A DNA stretch of 64,000 nucleotides, taken from contig CATNEN010000025.1 of the NCBI GenBank assembly GCA_950097015.1, positions 248,001-312,000 of the forward strand, in the 5' to 3' direction. This stretch comes from Macrostomum hystrix. Taxonomy: Eukaryota; Animalia; Platyhelminthes. This document shows positions 38,947-51,500 of this stretch, piece by piece. The notes under the pieces were generated by a model, which was given only the letters and a program-made list of their open reading frames with translations, was not told the origin of the DNA and did not search any database. Made by a program: the position numbers and the translations under genes. Position 1 is the first letter of the stretch, and each line of letters opens with the position of its first letter.

Positions 38947-39516
38947 GGCTATGGTGGAGTTCCGTTCGTTATATTATTTTTTAATTTCAAAATGGTGCCA
39001 AAAGCCTGGTAATGCAACGGACGATTTGGCATGACGTGGCATATGTATGTCTATGGTCTAAAATTGACTGTTGGCTCAAGTCAAGACCTTATCGGCTCAA
39101 GTTGCTCAAGTTGCCTCAGCACAAATCAAAAGTACAAATCAACCCAAGCTGCTACTGGAGATGGCGGGTCGACCTTCTGCACCATCGACAATTATTCTCC
39201 CAGGAGAGATTATGGCTGCTGTGGAACTATGCAACATCGACTGGACACTGCGGGACATGCACACCATGACTGTGGACACACTGTCAACCATGCGCTGGCT
39301 AGCAAAGTACCGGCTGCTGGCCAATGAGCGGCGCTGCCACTGTGCTAATGCACCACCTATGCGCCTGCAGCGTCGTCAGGGAGACCGCTACATCGATGAG
39401 TGTCCTCATTTAAATGTTTGTTTAAATGTTGCTGCATTGGTCGTAAAACTTGTTTAACCTGTCCGCAGTCATTTCAAATTGCAAAATAATATAACGAACG
39501 GAACTCCACCATAGCC
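38947..39516 (+). mobile_element. 570-bp internally deleted Merlin (IS1595/ISXO2-like) element
   Basis: 34-bp perfect TIR GGCTATGGTGGAGTTCCGTTCGTTATATTATTTT; 8-bp TSD AGAAAGAT/AGAAAGAC; WLAKYRLLANERRCHC..MRL matches Merlin transposase N-terminus. Confidence 0.8.
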
Positions 39517-41100
39517 AGAAAGACTCAAGAGAGAGAAGTAGGAAGTATTGCTGTATACTTGAGATCATTGGTAACGCTCTTCGGAAAGCCTATAATCAGA
39601 AATACATACATGCGATAAATTAATCGGCCAGAATAACTAAATACGCTACCTTAGACTAACTAAAGATGATATTCAAGGATAACTAAATACGCTACCAAGA
39701 AATTCTTTTAAGCATATAGAATACATTCTCAGAAATTAATTCTAAGAAACATTAACAGTAAAAAATACAACATTGTGAGAGTAAAAGTTAGAATAATAAT
39801 TAGCGCTAGAACAACTTTGGTGGTATTCAGTAGAATATTAAAATATTATAAAATAACCCTAGGACAGAATAATTTAAGCTACTTGCAGTAGCTTAATATA
39901 ACTTGCAGTTTTTACAAATAGTTTTAATGTCAGAGAGGGCCTCCAACATATTACATTTACAACCTGTAAAACGTAACAATGGATTATTTACGACAGCAAT
40001 GAGCAAGAAATTTGTTATTAAAGGAGTTGGCTTCGTTGCTTTAGTTAAAACTTTTAATAATAATACGTTGTAAATCTTGCTAATGTGTCTTGCATAAGGC
40101 GAATGTATTCATTGAATGATAAGTCACGCGGCGCAGTGGTTCAGTGCGCGAATCCCTTTCGAATTTGTAATTTTAACAAAAGCAAATCTACCAAATATAT
40201 ATATTATATTTTCTTACAAATAAAGCATAAAATTTATTTTATTAACGTTACGTTAGATCTTTCTTAAAGAATGTTACAATACTTTCCGAATTTTCAGATT
40301 TTTGCCCAGCTTTTTTCGACTCATTATTCGGTCTTTTCGGAGAGCCATTTGGGCCTCATTGGAACGCAAACAGCAATTTTCGTATAGCGCTTATATTTCA
40401 GTGCGCAGCAGTTCAGTTCTGCTCCATTTAGCTAACTATTTAGATTGATTTATTCGGAAGTCAGATTAAGACAAAAAATGAACATAAAGGCCTTCCTAAA
40501 ATCATTTTCATCTTCTCTCGTTTATAACAACGTAAACAGTGTATTTAAACGATCACGCGTATTTAAATTCACGCGCTAGCTCTGCAGCTATTTTTAGAAC
40601 TGGGAAGACCACGCTTCCTATATGGCTTTGCTCGCAAGCACTCTTTTTCTCTCGTTATTGATATTGCATTAGAGCAGCAGCAGTGTACAGTATACTGAAT
40701 GTATTGTTTCGTTCGAGATCAATTGACTGACTGATTGACACTGATTAAGACAGACTCTGTCTTATGGCATTCATTCATTTGATTTAACTTTGACTGGCGG
40801 CGGCAGCGACGACAAGCAAAAAACACGGAAAGGCAATTCGAATATTTTCTAAGCTAAAGGCTACTCGATTATATTTCGCAGAGGCTAACTAATGCTATCC
40901 AGCTGTACAATTGAATTTTTATCTCACCTCGAAGTGCGCACAGGCGGACGGGGCTGGCTACTGCTGCTTCTGATGCTTCTGCTGCGGCCCGGGGCTGGCT
41001 ACTGCTGCATGCTTCTGCTGCTACTGCTGCTTCTGCTGCGGCCGGTACAGCTGCACTGAGCTGAGGATGAGCATGGAAAAAAACAATTAGAATATAATTT

Positions 41101-41123
41101 CACATGTGCGCGCTTTATACGCT
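41101..41123. other. Half recombination-like site: spacer CACATGTG + arm CGCGCTTTATACGCT
   Basis: Same arm as the 47370-47407 site; inverted-repeat homology stops exactly at this spacer. Confidence 0.6.
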
Positions 41124-43175
41124 GCAGTAACACAGTCTAATGAATTCAATCAGCCCTCCCTCCAAGGCCTGTGCAAGTTTTCTCTGCGTGTTTTCTCTCT
41201 GTCCCGGCCCCCTTTATCTGCCCCACGGTGTTTTTGACTCACTATTTAAATATTTAAATATATTAAATACTATAAATATTGTATATATAAAATCTTAAAT
41301 GTAGCAGGCAGACAGACAGGCGGGCAGGCAGGGCGAATCACTCAAATTTAATGTTCCGACACTGAGGGCAGCCGCCGTCTCTTCCGTGCCACCGGTCTAC
41401 CGTGCAGGACTGCGTCGGCTCGTTGGGTGCTCGCCGCCACCTCACCACTTCCACCAGCCAGGCTGCTGATGAGTCCCTGGGTCGGCGGCCTAACTATGGG
41501 TCGCATCTCTTCGGCACCTGATGGCACCACAAACCGGCGGACAATGTCGCGGCTGCGAATCACCGCGCCCATCTCCGTGGCCATCTGCGCGTTGTGACCA
41601 TAGTTAAACCGGATGACAGCTGCAGATGTGCCGTGCGCTCTGGCAAACACATCTAGCTGCTCCGGCTCCATCATGAGCACTACGGCACAGAGGGTGCGAC
41701 GCCAGTGCGTGGCCACATAGTGCCGACCCAGTACTCGCTGCCCGCCTGCGCTGATCATGCGGCTCATTGCCGACTGGCTGTACACGCCGCCGAACACATC
41801 TATGAAGACCGTCGGCGACTCCGGTTGCTCGATGCCGCGAGCAGCAAGCGACGGCAAGATGTATTCGTCGTGCAGGCGCAGCAAGGCCTCGCAGAATAGA
41901 TCCGGCAGTACCATCCTGGCTGGATCGCCGGAGTGTCCGACCTTGTGCGGCACTTCACGCAGCGGCAGGACGAGGTGCGAGTGCCCAGCCAGATCGGCAG
42001 CGGACAGCGCGCTCTCCCAATCTGCACTTTGCGTGTGTTGGCGGAAAAGCTGTTTTTGGTCGGCCGACGCGTTTCGCAGAACCGAACTGTCGACCAGGTG
42101 TCGCCGTCTTAAGTATATCCACGGCAGAAGTCGCAGTGGCTGCTCGACGCTGCAGTAGAAAAGCATCTCCTGCACTATCCGCCGCAGACATACCATCCGG
42201 CGACTGAAGGCGCCATCATCTGCTTCGCCGTTGTCTTTGGTGTCATCAGCGATGCCATTAGCGACCACACCTGCTGCCTGCATGCCCCATTCGCCGTCGA
42301 CTGGCAGTGAAGACCAGCTGTGTCTTTGGAGCATGATGAAAAAGCGGTCTCGACGGGCGAACACGGCATCAACCTCGTCCACGTTGACGTAGGTGTCCAT
42401 GAAGGCCACCTGCCGCTCATTGTGGCCAAGCTTGTAGACGGCTTGTATAGTATAAATGTGGTTGCGTTTACTTCTAGTAGATAGCAGCACGAAACCAAAT
42501 AGAACTAACTGTCATTAATGCAGCTGCTGTGCAGCTAGCTCACCTGCTGGATGGCGCGGACGTTGCCGAACTCGCCGCGAGCCTGCTGCACCACGCTGCT
42601 AAGGCGGGCGATGAGAGCCTGCTCAGCCGCCAGCGGGTTGTTGGCCTTCTGCGCCAACTGCAGTCTCCAGCAGACTCCACTGCAGACAAGGTCGCCGTCC
42701 TCAATATCAGCAGTAGCAGTAGCAGCAGCATCTGCGCGGGCGGCGTCAGCCGAGGGGGAGTCGATGCTGCAGAACAGCTCGGCCTCGCGCAAGCCAATGG
42801 CGGCCATGATGGCATTGGCGCCTCGCAGGCCCCTTACGCGCAGCCAGCCCTCCATGCAGCGACAGATGCTGACCAACTCCTGGCACTTTCGCGCCGCTGT
42901 CGACTGAGCCAGCTGCATGGCGTCACTGACTGTTTCGGCGCTGAAGCAGTCCTGCACCCTGTCCGGCTGCAGCAGCAGGTCTGCAAGCGAGATGCCCGCT
43001 CGCTGCCAGGTTCGCAGAAGCGTCGCGCTCACCGACTTACTTATGTCGCGCCAACGCTGCTGGTGGCACAAGTTGGCCGCAATCCTGGCCCGCGATGGGT
43101 CCCTCCACCACAGCTCCCGCAGGCGTTCCACCGTCGCGGAGATGCTGGGCCGGTCACCCAACGGCTGCAGCAGCT
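41101..43175. repeat. Left arm of ~2-kb inverted repeat (partner 45623-47392)
   Basis: Reverse-complement near-identity with 45623-47392; identical translated ORFs on opposite strands. Confidence 0.95.
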
Positions 43176-44083
43176 TCTGATCGGCTGTCGACGCTTCCTG
43201 CTGCAGTTCTGCTCCGAAGATGGACAATCGAAGCCGGTCGAATTCGGCATTAGCCAGCCTTCTCTTTGCAGCAGTCCACTTTGCTGCAGCTGCTCGACGC
43301 TGCCTCGGCGGGGTAGCTGCCAGCTTCACTAGCGGCCTCTGTGCAGCTGACAGCACAGCCGATGACGTGCTGGGACGACAAAGTGCTGCCTTGGTGGCCT
43401 GCACCGCCAACTGCAGACAGGCAGCCGAATAGGAAGACTCTGCTGCCACCGTCTGGACCGTCGGCAGCGTCCGCATTCTGATGCTGGTTCCGGGCAGCAG
43501 CTCCTGCAAGCCGACATCGTAGTCTCCATCCTCGTCATCGTCAGCGACTACGGGGGCCTCCTGTGAGGACATCAGCAGCAGCGGCGCAGTCGGGTCAAAT
43601 AGGCGTCGCCGGACGGCTGGACGGCTGGCTGACGACAGCCGAGCACTGGCCGCTGACTGTCGACCGTCAACGGACGGCGCGGCGATGCTGTAGAGCTCGG
43701 CCAACAGAGACCCACCCTCGTATTCAGCTGGTTCTGCCTCTGAAGGCAGCTGCGGAGGCGGTGGTGGCATCTGCTGGACAACTGTGCTGCCTTGCTGTCC
43801 TACGCAGCACCTTGCCGCAGGCTGGGCACGCGTGTACATGCTTAGTTTTTGCTGAGCTGCGCGTGTGGGTGCTGCACGTCAGGCAGAGCCAGACCATCTG
43901 GGCACGCTGCTTGGCTGACGCCGCTGCCCAAGATGCCTCGGACGGCCGCACCTTGACTGGTGCATCCTCGAGTCGGAATTGGCGCACAGCCTCCTCCGCG
44001 TGCCTCCTCAGGAAGTGGCGTTTCGGGTGCGTCTGCGGTCTGCCGTCGCCACAGAAGATGCAGCACGACTCGTTGTCTGTCAT
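41348..44083 (-). CDS. Zinc-finger / tyrosine recombinase fusion gene, one intron (donor 42543), probable frameshift near 43760
   Basis: N-terminal CIFC..H..H, CLTC..H..C, CPAC..HxC fingers; helical middle; catalytic exon with EQPLR, HKVG, VFID, ATHWRR, RAHGTS, FNY in YR R-K-(H)xxR-H-Y order. Confidence 0.7.
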
Positions 44084-44353
44084 AGCTATTGTTATTACAA
44101 ATTGATGCAGTGCCATATAGGTGTATGAACTGAATTCAGTATGCATGCTCAATCAACACATGCTATATACAGTCCGTTGTGCGTGCACAATGCCTAAATA
44201 AATATATGTATATGCCCCTATATCCCATTATGGAATACACTATTTTAAGTGTTGTGCGAGCACATTGTCCCGTACTGTTGTCATCGCTGCTGCATTTATA
44301 TTCGATTGAGTGCTGCGTTGAGCACATAAATAACTTATTTTTCTGTTGTCCCT

Positions 44354-44400
<47 letters not shown>

Positions 44401-44401
44401 C
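44354..44401. repeat. (AAC)16 microsatellite
   Basis: Direct reading. Confidence 0.95.
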
Positions 44402-45183
44402 CCGGCTGTAAAAAATTATAAGCCTCTGAATCATTGATAAATTTTAAAAACATAATTTTTCATTTGCAATGTAGTACAATCAGCGTGTGTGCCAATCCGT
44501 GCCCTGCACTATATACCACAGATTCTATATTATATAGGTAATATAGAATCTGTGCTATATACTACATTTGTTTACGCTTTAGCAAACCCCTCGAAAAGCT
44601 CAGACATTCGATTTTCCAGTGAACAGCACACCCACCCCCTCCAACTCGATCTTCCTCCCTCAAAAGCAGTGCCGAGCCAGCATCAGACCTGCAGATGGAA
44701 AGTGAGACGACTTCGATCGTCTTTAGTCTATGGTCACAGGGGTGAAATTATCGATTGGTTGAAGCAGACACACTGCTTCTCTTTTTCAAGGCAGAGCAGT
44801 GGCCCTTCCACACCCTTTTACCATAGACTATGAATTTAGAGACAGGGCCGCCCCTTCGATTTCGAAGGTTTAAAGAAAGGGTGGCAAGCCAAGTAGCAGT
44901 CTTTTAGTTTTAGCCCGGCCCAACTGCTCGATCGAACTGCAGCTTACAGTCAAATATAATTCAGAGATTCATCCACAATTCGAATCAACAGTCAGCCTTC
45001 TATTTGCTTGGACTATATTAAAACAGGCTACAGATATAATATCGACAGAGAGCCACAGGATCTATTATTATGTCAACAGCGAGCATTACGATCTAATATA
45101 TTTCTACGCAGCTCAGAACTGCATTACACTTACAGAGATTACAAATATATTATTATTATAGAGAACTGCATATTATATATACA

Positions 45184-45300
45184 AAGACTAATTAAAGGGC
45201 CTAATATATATAAAGACTAATTAAAGGGCCTATTATATATACAAATACTAATTGCAGGGCCTATTATATATACTAAGACTAATTAAAGGGCCTATTATAT
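45184..45300. repeat. About four copies of a ~30-bp AT-rich unit (AAGACTAATTAAAGGGCCTATTATATAT)
   Basis: Direct reading. Confidence 0.8.
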
Positions 45301-45622
45301 TAACCCAGCTTGTAATGCATATTTATGAGCAGAGACTTACACGGCCTATTTTAAATACAGAGCCTTTTTCTTATTTGCAGCGCATCTTCACTCTCCAGCA
45401 GCAGCATAAGCAGCACCAGCAGTAGCATCAGAAGCAGCAGTAGCAGCAGAAGCAGCAGTATCCAGCCCCGGGCCGCAGCAGAAGCAGCAGAAGCAGCAGC
45501 CAGCAGAAGCAGCAGCTGTAGCAGCATCAGTAGCAGCTCGACAGCCCCCGTCCGCCTGTGCCCACTTCGAGGTGAGATAAAAATTCAATTGTACAGCTGG
45601 ATAGCGAAGCCCGTGCCACTAG

Positions 45623-47145
45623 AGCTGCTGCAGCCGTTGGGTGACCGGCCCAGCATCTCCGCAACGGTGGAACGCCTGCGGGAGCTGTGGTGGAGGGACC
45701 CATCGCGGGCCAGGATTGCGGCCAACTTGTGCCACCAGCAGCGTTGGCGCGACATAAGTAAGTCGGTGGGCGCGACGCTTCTGCGAACCTGGCAGCGAGC
45801 GGGCATCTCGCTTGCAGACCTGCTGCTGCAGCCGGACAGGGTGCAGGACTGCTTCAGCGCCGAAACAGTCAGTGACGCCATGCAGCTGGCTCAGTCGACA
45901 GCGGCGCGAAAGTGTCAGGAGTTGGTCAGCATCTGTCGCTGCATGGAGGGCTGGCTGCGCGTAAGGGGCCTGCGAGGCGCCAATGCCATCATGGCCGCCA
46001 TTGGCTTGCGCGAGGCCGAGCTGTTCTGCAGCATCGACTCCCCCTCGGCTGACGCCGCCCGCGCAGATGCTGCTGCTACTGCTACTGCTGATATTGAGGA
46101 CGGCGACCTTGTCTGCAGTGGAGTCTGCTGGAGACTGCAGTTGGCGCAGAAGGCCAACAACCCGCTGGCGGCTGAGCAGGCTCTCATCGCCCGCCTTAGC
46201 AGCGTGGTGCAGCAGGCTCGCGGCGAGTTCGGCAACGTCCGCGCCATCCAGCAGGTGAGCTAGCTGCACAGCAGCTGCATTAATGACAGTTAGTTCTATT
46301 TGGTTTCGTGCTGCTATCTACTAGAAGTAAACGCAACCACATTTATACTATGCAAGCCGTCTACAAGCTTGGCCACAATGAGCGGCAGGTGGCCTTCATG
46401 GACACCTACGTCAACGTGGACGAGGTTGATGCCGTGTTCGCCCGTTTTCCGCCAACACACGCAAAGTGCAGATTGGGAGAGCGCGCTGTCCGCTGCCGAT
46501 CTGGCTGGGCACTCGCACCTCGTCCTGCCGCTGCGTGAAGTGCCGCACAAGGTCGGACACTCCGGCGATCCAGCCAGGATGGTACTGCCGGATCTATTCT
46601 GCGAGGCCTTGCTGCGCCTGCACGACGAATACATCTTGCCGTCGCTTGCTGCTCGCGGCATCGAGCAACCGGAGTCGCCGACGGTCTTCATAGATGTGTT
46701 CGGCGGCGTGTACAGCCAGTCGGCAATGAGCCGCATGATCAGCGCAGGCGGGCAGCGAGTACTGGGTCGGCACTATGTGGCCACGCACTGGCGTCGCACC
46801 CTCTGTGCCGTAGTGCTCATGATGGAGCCGGAGCAGCTAGATGTGTTTGCCAGAGCGCACGGCACATCTGCAGCTGTCATTAGGTTCAACTATGGTCACA
46901 ACGCGCAGATGGCCACGGAGATGGGCGCGGTGATTCGCAGCCGCGACATTATCCGCCGGTTTGTGGTGCCATCAGGTGCCGAAGAGATGCGACCCATAGT
47001 TAGGCCGCCGACCCAGGGCCTCATCAGCAGCCTGGCTGGTGGAAGTGGTGAGGTGGCGGCGAGCACCCAACGAGCCGACGCAGTCCTGCACGGTAGACCG
47101 GTGGCACGGAAGAGACGGCGGCTGCCCTCAGTGTCGGAACATTAA
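45623..47145 (+). pseudogene. Partial inverted copy of the YR gene lacking the zinc fingers and first catalytic Arg
   Basis: Starts mid-gene; 305-bp deletion is frameshifting and removes EQPLR. Confidence 0.85.
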
Positions 47146-47392
47146 ATTTGAGTGATTCGCCCTGCCTGCCCGCCTGTCTGTCTGCCTGCTACATTTAAGA
47201 TTTTATATATACAATATTTATAGTATTTAATATATTTAAATATTTAAATAGTGAGTCAAAAACACCGTGGGGCAGATAAAGGGGGCCGGGACAGAGAGAA
47301 AACACGCAGAGAAAACTTGCACAGGCCTTGGAGGGAGGGCTGATTGAATTCATTAGACTGTGTTACTGCAGCGTATAAAGCGCGCACATATG
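45623..47392. repeat. Right arm of the inverted repeat, with a 305-bp deletion at 46445
   Basis: Equals reverse complement of 41101-43175 minus 42048-42352; a few SNPs. Confidence 0.95.
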
Positions 47393-47407
47393 CGCGCTTT
47401 ATACGCT
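47370..47407. other. Palindromic recombination-like site, 15-bp arms, 8-bp spacer CACATATG
   Basis: AGCGTATAAAGCGCG-CACATATG-CGCGCTTTATACGCT. Confidence 0.7.
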
Positions 47408-47609
47408 AATGTTTTTATAATTGATTATATGCTATAGTTAAGGATATTTATTGTATTTGATTGATTACTCTCGTTGATAATAGTATACTTTATTGTTTTT
47501 GTTGATAGAATTATTTAATTAGCCATAGATTTATCTGACATTTATTAAACAAATGCTGCTAACTGCTCTACTTATAGTAGTCAAGCAAGCAATTTAATTT
47601 TAGATTTAG

Positions 47610-47725
47610 GTACAGTTCATAGTGCGCGCACAATACTTAAAAAATATAAGGATTGTTGTTCTAAAATTAGAGCAGACATGCCTTATATATATTTTTAGGG
47701 AATGTGCGCGCACTACAGACTGTAC
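47610..47725. repeat. 116-bp hairpin module (GTACAGTTCATAGTGCGCGCACA ... TGTGCGCGCACTACAGACTGTAC)
   Basis: 23-bp inverted arms with 3 mismatches; near copy at 52903-53038; TA|CAGT ends compatible with a Tc1-type MITE. Confidence 0.8.
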
Positions 47726-48571
47726 ACGTTGAATTTCTTAGAATTTAGCGCGAATTTGAAATTTTAGTTTCTTATAAAATTTATAAATAACTGAGTAGCA
47801 CTATATGCAGCTGTTAATTGCCGTTATAAGCTCGTATTATATATTATATGTATAGCTTTTTGCGTCCATCCAAATTGTATTTTAATGCACACATTACTAC
47901 ATGTATTTTAATTGCTTGTTGTTGCAGATGCCACTTGTTGATTCTCATCTTAAATTAGTTATTTGCCGCTTTTTCATATCCATACGTACCGTCTACATGT
48001 AGTTCTTGATCGAATGCTTATTCTTGATTTATGACTATATTTATTCACATATATGCATGCAGTCAGCTCTTCAATTCATATATACAAGTATACTTACTCT
48101 CGTTGCTACAGCTGAATTATTATAAATTATAATAACACAATTAGCGCCCAAATAAGCACATAACAACTGCGTGTGTGTGAAATTATTTTTAGACTACTAT
48201 TAATAAAGGAATGCGATAAACTCAAGACATAGACAAAGGTTAGGCACATAGAAACTAAAGGAAGGACTGTGCTGCCGTGGCTCATCTTGAGCACACAAGT
48301 CAAAGAGAGCTAGCTCGCGCTGATTGATTTCTCTATGCCAATCGATTAAGACAGACTCGATCGTTCCCAAGCTACTTTGATTTTCAATCCCAACTCTATT
48401 AATCAACCAAATCAACTCCTTCGTGATCTACTGTTTCGTTTCGACTGCCCCCTACACTGTTCCGATTACTCCGCTCCAGCTGCGACCCCAACGACGACGA
48501 CTGCATTTAAAGTGATTTTTATCTGCGCTCCACAAGGTAGGCAATCATTGTTAATTATTCTAGCTGCCCAT

Positions 48572-51500
48572 CTATCTAACTTGTTGGAGAGCAGCAACAG
48601 CAACAACAACAACTATTTGTTGGCGGTGAGGGATTAAAAAGTTTAATGGAGCCGGTACAGAAAAAGAAAAAGCCACGGAGTGGCGCGCGGTGTCCAGGCC
48701 GTCAAACATGAAGTCATTACCGCCGAAGCGCTTAATGACCGGGCAGAATACGCGCTCCTGGCCCAAGTGGCGCTCGACGGCGGTGGTCTTGCCGACTCCC
48801 GACGGCCCATACAGATAGACAACGCCCGACTGGTGGCGAAGGGCTGTGCAGACAGCCTCTCGGAGCGGGCACGAGTTCCGGTTGTCGGCAGCCTCGGTGG
48901 AGCATGCGGAACAGCCGGCGAGCTGCTCCCTGCGAATCCGGCGCTGGCGCTGCACATCTCTGAAAACCCCCAGCAACGTGGCGCGCATCTGCTGGTGGGC
49001 CAACAAGACGCCGTCAGTCTGGTCGGGCAGGTTGGCAGTCAGCGGGTAGGACAGCGCCCACCGAGTCGCTTGCACCAGCATGCTGCACTGCGTGGCGCCG
49101 ATCCCGATCAGCAGCGGGTAGCCGTCGTGCTGCGTCAGGCTCCGCAGCACACTGTCTGGCGAACGGACGCCGCACAGCGTCAGGGTGGTCCGGTCGGGCA
49201 CCACAAAGCAGCGTCCCTCGTCTCGGCTAGGCAGCAGGCTGAACAGCAGCTCGTATAGATGCCAGCCGGCCGCGTTGGTCTCCAGGCGCACGAAGCCGGA
49301 CAGAGTGCGGTGTGGCCGATACTCGCTATGCTGCTGCTGTTGGTGTTGCTCCATCTCGTCGACGGAGAGCGGGTCAGCGACTAGCCGCCGGTCGCAGAAT
49401 TCATCCATGCCGACGCAGAGGCCCGGGCTGGACGCCAGGACGAGCTCGACACAGTGTGCCTCCAGAGCCTCGCCCAGATATACCTTGGCACGACCCGTTT
49501 ATGTAGGCAGCATGGAAACAGTGGATGCCAGCTGGTTATACGAGGGTCACTCAGAAAGTCTTTAGCCTGAACAAGAAAACAGCAACATATGAAATAAAAA
49601 ACCATTACAACTGCTCGAAGTACTCTCCCCCCGCATTGATACAGGCTTGTATCCTGTGGAACCAGCTGTCGAAGCACTGCCGCCAATCCTCATCCCGGAG
49701 CTCCCCGATGACGTCTTTGAACTCATTCACAGCTTCTTCCGGCGAATAAAAAATCTGGCCCTTTAATATCTCCTTGCACTTCAGGAATAAAAAAAAGTCG
49801 CACGGTGCCAGGTCTGGACTGTATACGCAGGGTGAGTCATCAGCTGGACACCACAGTCGGCCAGAAACTCGAGAGTTTGAGCTGCCGTGTGCGCACTGGC
49901 ATTGTCGTGGTGCAGAAGCACCCCACGCATTCCACACCTTGGGCGCCTCTGGCTCACAGCAGAAAAAACTTTGGGCAGGCAAACCGTTGTGTACCAGTCA
50001 GCGGTGACTGTCAGGCGATCTTCCAGTGAAACGGAAGCCACATGTCCAGTGCGCATGAAGAAGCAGGCCACCATCTGCTTGCCGGCACTCCGGTTGCGTC
50101 GAAACTTGGTTGGGCTGTCCTCGTCTCTGAAGGTCCACATGGATGACTGGCGCTTGTTTTCGGGGTCGTATTGATAAATCCAGGTCTCATCTCCCGTGAG
50201 GATGTCCCAGATACGCCGGCTGGTCCCAGATTCGAATTTCTGCAGCATAAATCGGCACCAAGCCACCCGGGTGTCCCTCTGCTCGTCCGACAGCTGATGG
50301 GGGATCCACCGGGAAGCCAGCTTCCGCACTCCGAGGTGTTCGTGCAGAATGGTGTGCACACTCCCCGATCCAATGCCCATCTCCTGCTGGATCTGCTGGT
50401 AGGTCACTCGCCGGTCAGCGTCAATCATGCTGGACACAGCGCAGATATTTTCTGGGGTCACTGCGTCGCAGGGTCTCCCGGATCGATGCTCATCTTCGAG
50501 GCTTTCTCGACCTCGGCGAAACTCAGCGAACCAGTTTTTGACGGTTGCGTATGAAGGACACAGATGAGCGAAAACGTCTTGTAAAGTTTGAAATGAATCG
50601 GCCGGCGACTTGCCTTGCTTGAAATGCAAGTACATCATAGCTCTGAAGTCACGATTTTCCAGCTTCATTGTGCAATTGAACGGCGCAAGGGGTGAACTGA
50701 CTTTGGCTCACTGCAGTGGACTCAAAAGTAACTGCTTCTGTTTGAAAATGTAGCTATAAGACTTTAAAAAGGTGGTCTTTACCATAGACAAATTTCATGC
50801 TTCTGCGTCTCGTGGATCATACTCAGGCTAAAGACTTTCTGAGTGACCCTCGTATGATTCAAAGCTTAAGAACAAAGCAAGTGACTCACCGACGAAGCGC
50901 ACGTTGTCGATGTGGAAGACGTGCAAATAGCGGCGCCCGGTCAGAATCCCGCTGTCCTCTGGCAGTCGCTCCGCAGGAGCAGCACCGGTCATTGCGAGCG
51001 GCCGGCTGCCGGAGCGCGTCACCGTGAACTGCTGCTGTGCTGCTGCCGCATTAAGCAGCGGGTTTTGGCCCAGCCGTCGCACGCCTCGGCCGCCTCGTTG
51101 TCCTCTGGCGCCGCCGACCGCGCTCCTGCTCGCCTCGCTGTCCCCCTGCTGTTGCTGCAGGAAGTGCATATACTGTGCCGCAGACGCCGGCGGACTGTAG
51201 CTGAATGCCATCAGCGAGGGAGGACGCTCGAGCTGCACCTGCTCTTGTTGCTGCAGCGGCTGCGGTGTCATTATGCGCCACCACTCCTGGCCGACAGGGA
51301 CGGACTGGCTGGCCTCATTCATAGCGGCCACCACCGCTGCTGCGAATGCCGCTGTGCCAGGCGACACCACGTAGGCCGTCGTCTCATCTTCCGGACGCTG
51401 AGACGGTGTGGTCTTGGCGACTGCAAGTCGTCGGCCATCGGGCTGCGAGTCTGGCACCATGGCGCCCACAATGGAGCAGTCGGCAGCAGCAGCAACAGCA

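Noticed and set aside
40128-40165. tRNA or tRNA-derived SINE head (GCGGCGCAGTGG..TTCGAAT)
   Set aside because: A/B-box spacing too short and no cloverleaf.
42529-43332. 267-aa ORF and similar long antisense ORFs (45619-46269, 48680-49258, 50912-51652, 13049-13624)
   Set aside because: Shadow frames of GC-rich coding sequence on the opposite strand; no motifs.
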